From the NCBI RefSeq assembly GCF_963921235.1, contig NC_086108.1:39496001-39560000 (forward strand): 64,000 nucleotides of DNA. Reading direction: 5' to 3'. The translations under genes were made by a program, and so were the position numbers. This DNA is from Mobula hypostoma (lineage: Eukaryota). The notes below the pieces were generated by a model. It was not told the DNA's origin. It did no database searches and worked only from the letters and a program-made list of their open reading frames with translations. Below are positions 30,001-40,904 of the stretch, piece by piece (position 1 is the stretch's first letter; the number at the start of each line of letters is the position of its first letter).

Positions 30001-33000
30001 GCAGGGGAGTGGGTGAATACAGGAGTGGAGTGGGTGAGTACAGGAGGGAGTGGGTGAATACAGAAGGGGAGTGGGTGAGTACAGGAGGGAAATGGGTGGA
30101 TACAGGAGAGGAATGTGTGAGTACGGGTGGGGAGTAGGTGAATAATGGAGGGGAGTGGGTGAGTACAGGAGGGGAGTGGGTGAGTACAGGAGGGAGTGGG
30201 TGAATAGAGAAGGGGAGTGGGTGAGTACAGGAGGGGAATGCGTGAGTCCAGAAGGGAGTGGGTGAATACAGGAGGGGGAGAGGGTGAGTAGAGGAGGGGA
30301 ATGGGTGAATACAGAAGGGGAGTGGGCGAGTACTGAAGGGGAGTGTCTAAGTTCAGGAGGGGAATGGGTGAGTACGGGAGGGGAGCGGGTGAGTACAGGA
30401 GGGGAGTGGGTGAACATAGGAGTGGAGTGGGTGAGTACTGGAGGGGAGTGTCTAAGTTCAGGAGGGGAATGGGTGAGTACGGGAGGGGAATGGGTGACTA
30501 GGAAGGGGAGTGGGTGAGTACAGGAGGGGAATGGGTGAATACAGGAGGGGAGTGGGTGAGTAGAGGAGTGGAATGTGAGAGTGCAGGAGGGGAATGGGTT
30601 AATACAGGAGGGGAATAGGTGAGAACAGGAGAGGAATGGGTGAGTACGGGAGGGAGTGGGTGAGTACAGGAGGGGATGGGTGAGTACAGGAGGGGAGCGG
30701 GTGAGTACAAGAGGGCAATGGGTGAATACAGGAGGGGAATGCGTGAATGCAGGAGGGGAACGCGTGAATACAGGAGGGGAGTGGGTGAGTACAGGAGGGG
30801 AGTGGGTGAATATGGGAGGGGAATGGGTGAATACAGTAGGGGAGTGGGTGAAACAGGGGGCGAATGGGTGAGTACAGGAGGGGAATGGGTGAGTACGGGA
30901 AGGGAATGGGTGTTTACAGGATGGGAATAGCTGAGTACGGGAGGAGAATGGGTGAGTACGGGAGGGGAATGGGTGTTTACAGGATGGGAATAGGTGAGTA
31001 CAGGTGGGGAGTGGTAGAGTACAGGTGTATGGGTGAATGCAGGAGGGGAGTGGGTGAATACGGGGGGGGGAATGGGTGAGTACTGGAGGGGAGTGGGTGC
31101 GTACAGGAGGGGAATGGGTGAGTACTGGAGGGGAATGGGTGAATACAGAAGGGGAATGTGTGAGTACAGGAGGGGAGTGGGTGAGTAGAGGAGGGGAATG
31201 AGTGAGTAGAGGAGGGGAATGGGTAAGTACGGGATTGGAATGGGTGAGTAGGGAGTGGAGTTGGTGAGTACAGGTGCTGAAATGGTGAGTACAGGAGGGG
31301 AGTGGGTGAATACAGGAGGGGAATGGTTGAATACAGGAGGGGAATGGGTGAGTACGGGAAGGGAATGGGTGAATACAGAAGGGGAGTGGGTGAGTACTGG
31401 AGGGGAGTGGGTGAGTACTGGAGGGGAATGGGCGAATACTGGAGAGGAATATGAGATTACAGGAGGGGAGTGGGTGAACATAGGAGGGGAGTGGTTGAGT
31501 ACTGGAGGGGAGTGTGTTAGTTCAGGAGGAAAATGGGTGAGTACGGGAGGGGAATGGGTGACTAGGGAGGGGAGTGGGTGAGTACAGGAGGGGAATGGGT
31601 GAGTACAGGAGTGGAAATGGTGAGTACAGTAGGGGAGTGGGTGAGTACAGGAGGGGAATGCGTGAATGCAGGAGGGGAGTGGGTGAGTACGGGAGGGGAG
31701 TGGGTGAGTACAGGAGGGAAGTGGGTGAATGCAGGAGGAGAGTGAGTGAGTACGGGAGGGGAGTGGTTGAGTACAGGAGGGGAATGAGTGAGTACAGGAG
31801 GGGAATGGGTGAGTACAGGAGGGGAATGAGTGAGTACAGGAGGGGAGTGGGTGAGTACGGGAGGGGAGTGGGTGAGTACGAGACGGGAGTCGGTGAATAC
31901 AGGAGGGGAATGGGTGAGTACAGGAGAGGAATGAGTGAGTACAGGAGGGGAATGGGTGAGTACAGGAGGGGAATGAGTGAGTACAGGAGGGGAGTGGGTG
32001 AGTACGGGAGGGGAGTGTGTGAGTACGAGACGGGAGTCGGTGAATACAGGAGGGGAATGGGTGAGTACAGGAGAGGAATGGGTGAGTACAGGAAGGGAAT
32101 GGGTGAGTACGGGAGGGGAATGGTGAGTAAAGGAGGGAAATAGGTGTGTACCGAAGGGGAATGAGTGAGTACGGGAGGGGAATGGGTGAGTACAGTAGGA
32201 GAATAGGTGAGTAAAGGAGGGGAATGCGTGAATACAGAATGGGAGTGGGTGAGTACGGGAGGGGAGTTGGTGAGTACGGGAGGGTAGTGGGTGAGTACAG
32301 GAGGGGAATGAGTGAGTGCAGGAGGGGAGTGGGTGAGTACAGGAGGGGCATGAGTGAGTATAGGAGGGGAGTGGGTGAGTACAGGAGGGGACTGGGTGAG
32401 TACGGGAGGGGAGTGGGTGGGTACAGGAGGGGAGTGGATGAGTACAGAAGGGGAATGAGTGAGTACAGGAGGGGAATGGGTGAATACAGAAGGGGAATGA
32501 GTGAGTAGAGGAGGGGAATGGGTAAGTACGGGATTGGAATGGGTGAGTATGGAGGGGAGTGGGTGAGTACAGGTGCTGAAATGGTGAGTACAGGAGGGGA
32601 GTGGGTGAATACAGGAGGGGAATGGTTGAGTACAGGAGGGGAATGGGTGAGTACAGGAAGGGAATGGGTGAATACAGAAGGGGAGTGGGTGAGTACTGGA
32701 GGGGAGTGGGTGAGTACTGGAGGGGAATGGGCGAATACTGGAGAGGAATATGAGATTACAGGAGGGGAGTGGGTGAACATAGGAGGGGAGTGGTTGAGTA
32801 CTGGAGGGGAGTGTGTTAGTTCAGGAGGGAAATGGGTGAGTACGGGAGGGGAATGGGTGACTAGGGAGGGGAGTGGGTGAGTACAGGAGGGGAATGGGTG
32901 AGTACAGGAGTGGAATGGGTGAGTACAGTAGGGGAGTGGGTGAGTACAGGAGGGGAATGCGTGAATGCAGGAGGGGAGTGGGTGAGTACGGGAGGGGAGT

Positions 33001-36000
33001 GGGTGAGTATAGGAGGGAAGTGGGTGAATGCAGGAGGGGAGTGAGTGAGTACGGGAGGGGAGTGGTTGAGTACAGGAGGGGAATGAGTGAGTACAGGAGG
33101 GGAATGGGTGAGTACAGGAGGGGAATGAGTGAGTACAGGAGGGGAGTGGGTGAGTACAGTAGGGGAATGAGTGAGTACAGGAGGGGAGTGGGTGAGTACA
33201 GGAGGGGAATAGTTGAGTACAGGAGGGGAATTAGTGAGTACAGGAGGGGAGTGGGTGAGTACGGGAGGGGAGTGGGTGAGTACGAGACGGGAGTCGGTGA
33301 ATACAGGAGGGGAATGGGTGAGTACAGGAGAGGAATGGGTGAGTACAGGAAGGGAATGGGTGAGTACGGGAGGAGAATGGTGAGTAAAGGAGGGAAATAG
33401 GTGTGTACCGAAGGGGAATGAGTGAGTACGGGAGGGGAATGGGTGAGTACTGGAGGGGAATGGGTGAGTACAGGAGGAGAATAGGTGAGTAAAGGAGGGG
33501 AATGCGTGAATACAGAAAGGGAGTGGGTGAGTACAGGAGGGGAGTTGGTGAGTACGGGAGGGTAGTGGGTGAGTACAGGAGGGGAATGAGTGAGTGCAGG
33601 AGGGGAGTGGGTGAGTACAGGAGGGGCATGAGTGAGTATAGCAGGGGAGTGGGTGAGTACAGGAGGGGACTGGGTGAGTACAGGAGGGGAGTGGGTGGGT
33701 ACAGGAGGGGAGTGGATGAGTACAGGAGGGGAATGAGTGAGTACAGGAGGGGAGTGGGTGAGTACAGGAGGGGAGTGGGTGCATACAGGAGGGGAATGGG
33801 TGAGTACTGGAGGGGAATGGGTGAATACAGAAGGGGAATGAGTGAGTACAGGAGGGGAGTGGGTGAGTAGAGGAGGGGAATGAGTGAGTAGAGGAGGGGA
33901 ATGGGTAAGTACGGGATTGGAATTGGTGAGTAGGGAGGGGAGTGGGTGAGTACAGGTGCTGAAATGGTGAGTACAGGAGGGGAGTGGGTGAATACAGGAG
34001 GGGAATGGTTGAGTACAGGAGGGGAATGGGTGAGTACAGGAAGGGAATGGGTGAATACAGAAGGGGAGTGGGTGAGTACTGGAGGGGAGTGGGTGAGTAC
34101 TGGAGGGGAATGGGCGAATACTGGAGAGGAATATGAGATTACAGGAAGGGAGTGGGTGAACATAGGAGGGGAGTGGTTGAGTACTGGAGGGGAGTGTGTT
34201 AGTTCGGGAGGGAAATGTGTGAGTACGGGAGGGGAATGGGTGACTAGGGAGGGGAGTGGGTGAGTACAGGAGGGGAATGGGTGAGTACAGGAGTGGAATG
34301 GGTGAGTACAGTAGGGGAGTGGGTGAGTACAGGAGGGGAATGCGTGAATGCAGGAGGGGAGTGGGTGAGTACAGGAGGGAAGTGGGTGAATGCAGGAGGG
34401 CAGTGAGTGAGTACGGGAGGGGAGTGGTTGAGTACAGGAGGGGAATGAGTGAGTACAGGAGGGGAATGGGTGAGTACAGGAGGGGAATGAGTGAGTACAG
34501 GAGGGGAGTGGGTGAGTACAGTAGGGGAATGAGTGAGTACAGGAGGGGAGTGGGTGAGTACAGGAGGGGAATAGTTGAGTACAGGAGGGGAATTAGTGAG
34601 TACAGGAGGGGAGTGGGTGAGTACGGGAGGGGAGTGGGTGAGTACGAGACGGGAGTCGGTGAATACAGGAGGGGAATGGGTGAGTACAGGAGAGGAATGG
34701 GTGAGTACAGGAAGGGAATGGGTGAGTACGGGAGGGGAATGGTGAGTAAAGGAGGGAAATAGGTGTGTACCGAAGGGGAATGAGTGAGTACGGGAGGGGA
34801 ATGGGTGAGTACTGGAGGGGAATGGGTGAGTACAGGAGGAGAATAGATGAGTAAAGGAGGGGAATGCGTGAATACAGAAAGGGAGTGGGTGAGTACGGGA
34901 GGGGAGTTGGTGAGTACGGGAGGGTAGTGGGTGAGTACAGGAGGGGAATGAGTGAGTATAGGAGGGGAGTGGGTGAGTACAGGAGGGGAGTGGGTGGGTA
35001 CAGGAGGGGAGTGGATGAGTACAGGAGGGGAATGAGTGAGTACAGGAGGGGAGTGGGTGAGTATAGGAGGGGAGTGGGTGCATACAGGAGGGGAATGGGT
35101 GAGTACTGGAGGAGAATGGGTGAATACAGAAGGGGAATGAGTGAGTACAGGAGGTGAGTGGGTGAGTAGAGGAGGGGAATGAGTGAGTAGAGGAGGGGAA
35201 GGGGTAAGTACGGGATTGGAATGGGTGAGTAGGGAGGGGAGTGGGTGAGTACAGGTGCTGAAATGGTGAGTACAGGAGGGGAGTGGGTGAATACAGGAGG
35301 GGAATGGTTGAGTACAGGAGGGGAATGGGTGAGTACAGGAAGGGAATGGGTGAATACAGAAGGGGAGTGGGTGAGTACTTGAGGGGAGTGGATGAGTACT
35401 GGAGGGGAATGGGCGAATACTGGAGAGGAATATGAGATTACAGGAGGGGAGTGGGTGAACATAGGAGGGGAGTGGTTGAGTACTGGAGGGGAGTGTGTTA
35501 GTTCGGGAGGGAAATGTGTGAGTACGGGAGGGGAATGGGTGACTAGGGAGGGGAGTGGGTGAGTACAGGAGGGGAATGGGTGAGTACAGGAGTGGAATGG
35601 GTGAGTACAGTAGGGGAGTGGGTGAGTACAGGAGGGGAATGCGTGAATGCAGGAGGGGAGTGGGTGAGTACAGGAGGGAAGTGGGTGAATGCAGTCGGGC
35701 AGTGAGTGAGTACGGGAGGGGAGTGGTTGAGTACAGGATGGGAATGAGTGAGTACAGGAGGGGAATGGGTGAGTACAGGAGGGGAATGAGTGAGTACAGG
35801 AGGGGAGTGGGTGAGTACAGTAGGGAAATGAGTGAGTACAGGAGGGGAGTGGGTGAGTACAGTAGGGAAATGAGTGAGTACAGGAGGGGAATAGTGGAGT
35901 ACAGGAGGGGAATGAGTGAGTACAGGAGGGGAGTGGGTGAGTACGGGAGGGGAGTGGGTGAGTACGAGACGGGAGTCGGTGAGTACAGGAGGGGAGTGGG

Positions 36001-38513
36001 TGAGTACAGGAGGGGAGTGTGTGAGTACGGAAGGGGAGTGGGTGAGTACGAGACGGGAGTCGGTGAGTACAGGAGGGGAGTGGGTGAGTACAGGAGGGGA
36101 GTGTGTGAGTACAGGGGGGGAGTGGGTGAGTACAGGAGGGGAATGGGTGAGTATGGGGTGGCGTGGGTGAGTACAAGAGGGGAATGAGTGAATGCAGGAG
36201 GGGAATGGGTGAGTACAGGAGGGAAGTGGGTGAGTACAGGTGGGGAGTGGGTGAGTACAGGAGGGGAATAGGTGAGTACGGGAGGGGAGTGGGTGAGTAC
36301 AGGACGGGAGTGGGTGAATACAGGAGGGGAATAGATGAATGCAGGAGGGGAGTGGGTGAGTACGCGAGGGGAGTGGGTGAGTACAGGAGGGGCATAGGTG
36401 AGTACAGGAGGGGAACAGGTGAGTACAGGAGGGGAGTGGGTGAACGCAGGAGAGGAATGGGTGAGTACAGTCGAGGAATGAGTGAGTACAGGAGGGGAAT
36501 GTGTGAGTACCGGAGGGAATTGGGTGTGTACAGGAGGGGAGTGGGTGATTACAGGAGGGGAATGAGTGAATGCAGGATGGAAGTGGGTGAGTACAGGAGT
36601 GGAGTGGGTGAATACAGGAGGGGAATAGGTGAGTACAGGAGGGGAGTGGGTGAGTACAGGAGGGGAGTGGGTGAGTACAGGAGGGGAATAGGTGAGTATA
36701 GTAGGGGAGTGGATGAGTACAGGAGGGGAATGGGTGAGTGCAGAGGGGAGTGGGTGAGTACAGGAGGGGAACAGATGAGTACAGGAGGGGAATAGGTGAG
36801 TACAGGAGGGGAGTGGGTGAATGCAGGAGGGGAATGGGTGAGTACAGTAGGAGAATGAGCGAGTACAGGAGGGGAATGGGTGAGTACAGGAGGGAAGTGG
36901 GTGTGTATAGGAGGGGAGTGGGTGAGTACAGGAGGGGAATAGGTGAGTGCAGGAGGGGAGTGGGTGCGTACAGGAGGGGAGTGGGTGAATACAGGAGGGG
37001 AATAGGTGAATGCAGGAGGGTAGTGGGTGAGTACGGGAGAGGACTGGGTGAGTACTGGAGGGGAGTGTGTGAGTACGGGAGGGGAGTGGGTGAGTACAGG
37101 AGTGGAGTGGGTGAGTACGGGAGGGGAATAGGTGAGTACGGGGGTGCGTGGGTGAGTACAGGAGGGGAATGAGTGAATGCAGGAGGGGAATGGGTGAGTA
37201 CAGGAGGGAAGTGGGTGAGTACAGGAGGGGTGTGGGTGAGTACAGGAGGGGAGTGGGTGAGTACAGGAGGGGAGTGGGTGAGTACTGGAGGGGAATAGGT
37301 GAGTACGGGGGTGCGTGGGTGAGTACAGGAGGGGAATGAGTGAATGCAGGAGGGGAATGGGTGAGTACAGGAGGGAAGTGGGTGAGTACAGGAGGGGTGT
37401 GGGTGAGTACAGGAGGGGAGTGGGTGATTACAGGAGGGGAATAAGTGAATGCAGGAGGGGAGTGGGTGAGTACGGGAGAGGAGTGGGTGAGTACAGGAGG
37501 GGAGTGTGTGAGTACGGGAGGGGAGTGGCTGAGTACTGGAGTGGAGTGGCTGAGTACGGGAGGGGAATAGTTGATTACAGGGGGGGCATGGGTGAGTACA
37601 GGAGGGGAATGAGTGAATGCAGGAGGGGAATGGGGAGTACAGGAGGGAAGTGGGTGAGTACAGGAGGGGAGTGGGTGAGTAGAGGAGGGGAATAGGTGAG
37701 TACAGGAGGGGAGTGGGTGAGTACAGGAGTGTAGTGGGTGAGTACAGGAGGGGAGTGGGTGAATGCAGGAGGGGAGTGGGTGAGTACGGGAGGGGAGTGT
37801 GTGAGTACAGGAGGGGAATAGGTGAGTACAGGAGGGGTGTGGGTGAGTACAGGAGGGGAGTGTGTGAGTACGGGAGGGGAGTGGGTGAGTACAGGACGGG
37901 AGTGGGTGAATACAGGAGGGGAATAGGTGAATGCAGGAGGGGAGTGGGTGAGTACGCGTGGGGAGTGGGTGAGTACAGGACGGGAATAGGTGAATGCAGG
38001 AGGGGAGTGGGTGAGTACGGGAGAGGAGTGGGTGAGTACAGGTGGGGAGTGTGTGAGTACGGGAGGGGAGTGGCTTAGTATAGGAGTGGAGTGGGTTAGT
38101 ACAGGAGGGGAATAGGTGAGTACAGGGGGGGCATGGGTGAGTACAGGAGGGGAATGAGTGAATGCAGGAGGGGAATGGGTGAGTACAGGAGGGAAGTGGG
38201 TGAGTACAGGAGGGGAGGGGGTGAGTACAGCAGGGGAATAGGTGAGTATAGTAAGGGAGTGGATGAGTACATGAGGGGAGTGGGTGAGTACAGGAGGGGA
38301 ATGCGTGAATGCAGGAGGGGAGTGGGTGAGTACGGGAGGGGAGTGGGTGAGTACAGGAGGGGAGTGTGTGAATGCAGGAGGGGAGTGGGTGAGTACGGGA
38401 GGGGAGTGGGTGAGTACAGGAGGGGAATGAGTGAGTACAGGAGGTGAATTGGTGAGTACAGGAGGGGAATGGGTGAGTACAGGAGGGGAGTGGGTGAGTA
38501 TAGGAGGGGAGTG
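1..38513 (+). repeat. Giant 21-bp G-rich minisatellite/satellite array, consensus GGGTGAGTACAGGAGGGGA(G/A)T, ~1,800 units, truncated by the left window edge
   Basis: Unit is directly visible throughout. All frames translate to 7-aa repeats (WVSTGGE / GEYRRGV; minus THSPPVL / YSPTPLL / THPLPSC). 20-bp variants shift the register. Array ends abruptly at ...ggaggggagtg|ttctttgcac. Confidence 0.99.
19890..25843 (+). repeat. Near-identical 2,977-bp tandem duplication (higher-order repeat) inside the array
   Basis: Matching ORFs offset by exactly 2977 (19914/22891, 20538/23515, 21551/24528, 22162/25139, 22513/25490). Only a few substitutions differ. Ends are approximate. Confidence 0.9.
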
Positions 38514-38563
38514 TTCTTTGCACACATCCTGCTTGCAGGTGTACTTTGGCATAAACCAATTAC

Positions 38564-38692
38564 CATTGATGCTCTACTGACATGAATAACCAGCTCATCC
38601 TCTGTAATTTTCAGTGCGCACAGTATTGGGGTATTTTTCCAGTGCACTGACCAGGGAATTTCATCCAGACAATAGCTCCAGCGTTTCCTTGG
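38564..38692 (-). CDS. Putative coding exon (PRKRWSYCLDEIPWSVHWKNTPILCALKITEDELVIHVSRASM) of an unidentified gene
   Basis: Open frame with donor ATG|GTAATT. Acceptor is weak: aatttag| at 38692, or ccaag| at 38687, which would be phase-compatible with the 39432-39527 exon. Confidence 0.4.
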
Positions 38693-39431
38693 CTAAATTT
38701 ATTGACATTCCCGTTATCATTACATTGCAGGGGCTGATTCATACATCAGATGCACAGGAGTCCTTCTTGACAGAACAGTGTGTTTGAAAAACTTCCTCTC
38801 TCGCTCTCAGGTGCCATTTAGTTCACATGACCAATTTGTCTCTGTGCACCGCATTTGGGTTGCCATGCTTGGCACACTATGCTAAAGAAAACATTGACTG
38901 AAAGAGCTCATTGCATTCTGTGAAACATTGTTCCACAATCGTGGTAGTGTTGCAGGCTTCGCTGTAGGATCCTAGGTAATGAGGCAGAGTCTTTCCCCAT
39001 GTAAGTATCTAGATAATGGCAATTAATAAACTTTGTGGATGCCGATTGTAAACTATTTTCTCTTGTGAACATTACTGGTACCTCCGATTGATATACCAAA
39101 CTGAGCTCGCTTCGTAGCACTTTTGCCATTCATTGTGAGTGTTGGGGGTTCAGAATATCAAAGCATCGTAGAGGGTGCAGTCTTAGAGGCATTGTTTTCC
39201 AGCCAAGCTGAGCAACCCTGCTCTCCCCACTCACCACCTACTCCCTCCAGCATTTGCTGAAGACCCAGTGGTGCATTTAAGTCTTAGGATTTGAAGAATA
39301 TGTTTATTCCCTCTGAATACTTGCCAATATTTATCTCTCAATCAGTATTACCAAACAGTTTGTGGGAGCCAGTCTTGCAAGTTGGTTGCTCAGCTTCATT
39401 CATCACAGCACTGGCTGCACTTCAAAACTAC

Positions 39432-39527
39432 CTCTCAGACTCTAAAAGATCAGAAACACAATATTCTGTTTGCAGAATATTGTCTTTTATCAAATCCCTC
39501 CACAGTTCTTGTAATTTCATCAGAATT
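39432..39527 (-). CDS. Putative coding exon (ILMKLQELWRDLIKDNILQTEYCVSDLLESE), phase 2/2
   Basis: Acceptor tttctttccaattccatactcag|, donor GAG|GTAGTT, 96 nt open. Joins in frame to the 40905-41129 exon (AG+A = Arg). Confidence 0.55.
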
Positions 39528-40377
39528 CTGAGTATGGAATTGGAAAGAAATCTGGTTAATTCAATGAAGTCATCTTAACAGCTGCACACAATGGAGTGAT
39601 TACAGCCTTCTAACTTCCAAACCAGCCTTCGACTAACACAGTTGTCATAGATACAGTTTCATGCGGCAACAATGGTTCTTTGGAGAATTGCAATGAGATA
39701 AATAAGTATCATAATTTACATTGTACGACTTAGGTTCTGTTCACATCCTGAGTTAATCGAGACTGTCAAGGAGTCTGTGGTGTTGCATGACATTATTCCC
39801 CTTATGCACTGCAGCTGATAATATGAGTTGCTGCCCTTTGAATATCAACTCATCTTGCACATTTCATCTCTAAATTCAGGGTGGGGACAAAAGCATTTAC
39901 TTCTTGGAGTTTAAGTGTCTTGGTGATGATAACCCAGATCTGTTTCTCTTGGGGGTCATCTGTAGCAGCATAATTTGTTATCGGTGTTACAGCTGAAGTG
40001 ATTCATGGTTGTCACTTTCTTCCAGCTCGTGTAAAATGGCAGTCACTAATTCCCAGCAGTTATTCTTTTGCTCAGGATAACTTCTTTGAACAATCTTGCT
40101 GGCAATTGTTTCTATCTCTTTTTTGACCTCAGTCAGTTGACGCCAGTCAATTGTGATCTGCTTCAGTAATGCGGTGACTTTGACTGTATTTTGGTCCTAA
40201 ATGTAAGCTTCGACTTTATATTAGATTAACATATCAGTTGAAGTTTCTTCTTCATTGAGGCTTGTCCTTTCAGTATCATTACAACTTCAAGTTCAGACTA
40301 ATGTGTATTGTATTGATAAGTGCTTTTTTACTAGAGATTATAATCATGAAGATAGGTGTCTGCTTAAAGATGGCCTG

Positions 40378-40674
40378 TGTGGCACGTGACCAAGTAGTTA
40401 AGGTGTTGGACAAGTGATCTGAAGGTCGTGAGTTCGAGCCCCAGCCGAGGCAGCATGTTTTGACCTTGAGCAAGGCACTTAACCACACAATGCTTCAGTA
40501 CACCCAGCTGAAAATAGATACTGGCAAAATGCTGGGGGTTAACCTCGCAATAGACTGGCGTCCTATCCGGGGGGGTGGGGGGGAGTCTCGTACTCTCAGT
40601 CGCTTCGCACCACGGAAACCGGCATAAGCACCAGGCTCATGAGCTTAAGGCTTGGGACAGACTTTAACTTTTAA
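40378..40674 (+). mobile_element. Full-length tRNA-derived SINE (Meta-domain-like body) with 15-bp TSD
   Basis: A-box-like TGACCAAGTAG, B-box GTTCGAGCC, ccttgagcaaggcactt motif, (ACTTT)-type tail. TSD CTTAAAGATGGCCTG at 40363-40377 and 40675-40689. Confidence 0.9.
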
Positions 40675-40719
40675 CTTAAAGATGGCCTGGGTCTTTCATC
40701 AGGACTTCCATGAAGGTGG

Positions 40720-40845
40720 GACTCCTGAAGAAGTGTCTCAGCCCAAAACATTGACTGTTCCACTGATGCTGCCTGACCTAAGTTCCTCCAGCATTTCGTG
40801 TGTTTTGCCCTCGATTTTCAGCATCTGCAGATTTTCTCATGTTTG
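40720..40845 (+). mobile_element. Degenerate Penelope-like terminal-repeat fragment
   Basis: cctgaagaagtgtctcagcccaaaacattgactg...gatgctgcctgacc...cagcatctgcag resembles the terminal repeats at 43380-43517 and 46244-46380. Confidence 0.75.
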
Positions 40846-40904
40846 AGGGAGTCAGCTTATCACTTTGAGTCTCTGTTACTTATGTGTTTCAGAACATATC
40901 TCAC

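Noticed and set aside
1..38513. CRISPR array
   Set aside because: Contiguous tandem units with no unique spacers, no cas genes, and a vertebrate context.
1..38513. Genuine POLR2A CTD exon or telomeric repeat
   Set aside because: The heptad is YSPTPLL, not YSPTSPS. The copy number is far too high, the array is frameshifted and no RPB1 exons are nearby. There are no TTAGGG runs.
361..38559. Long ORFs in the array (up to 1912 aa) resembling mucins or extensins
   Set aside because: The unit lacks stops in five of six frames, so ORFs arise on both strands. Frequent 20-bp units switch the peptide register mid-ORF, which argues against coding selection.
38619..38650. cacagta...ggtatttttcc as a V(D)J recombination signal
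   Set aside because: Heptamer and nonamer orientation and spacing do not fit a 12/23 RSS, and there are no V or J segments.
38908..39129. 73-aa minus-strand ORF as an additional exon
   Set aside because: The ATG directly follows a stop, and I found no phase-consistent acceptor/donor pair.
40378..40450. tRNA gene
   Set aside because: It is the head of a TSD-flanked SINE with degenerate stems.
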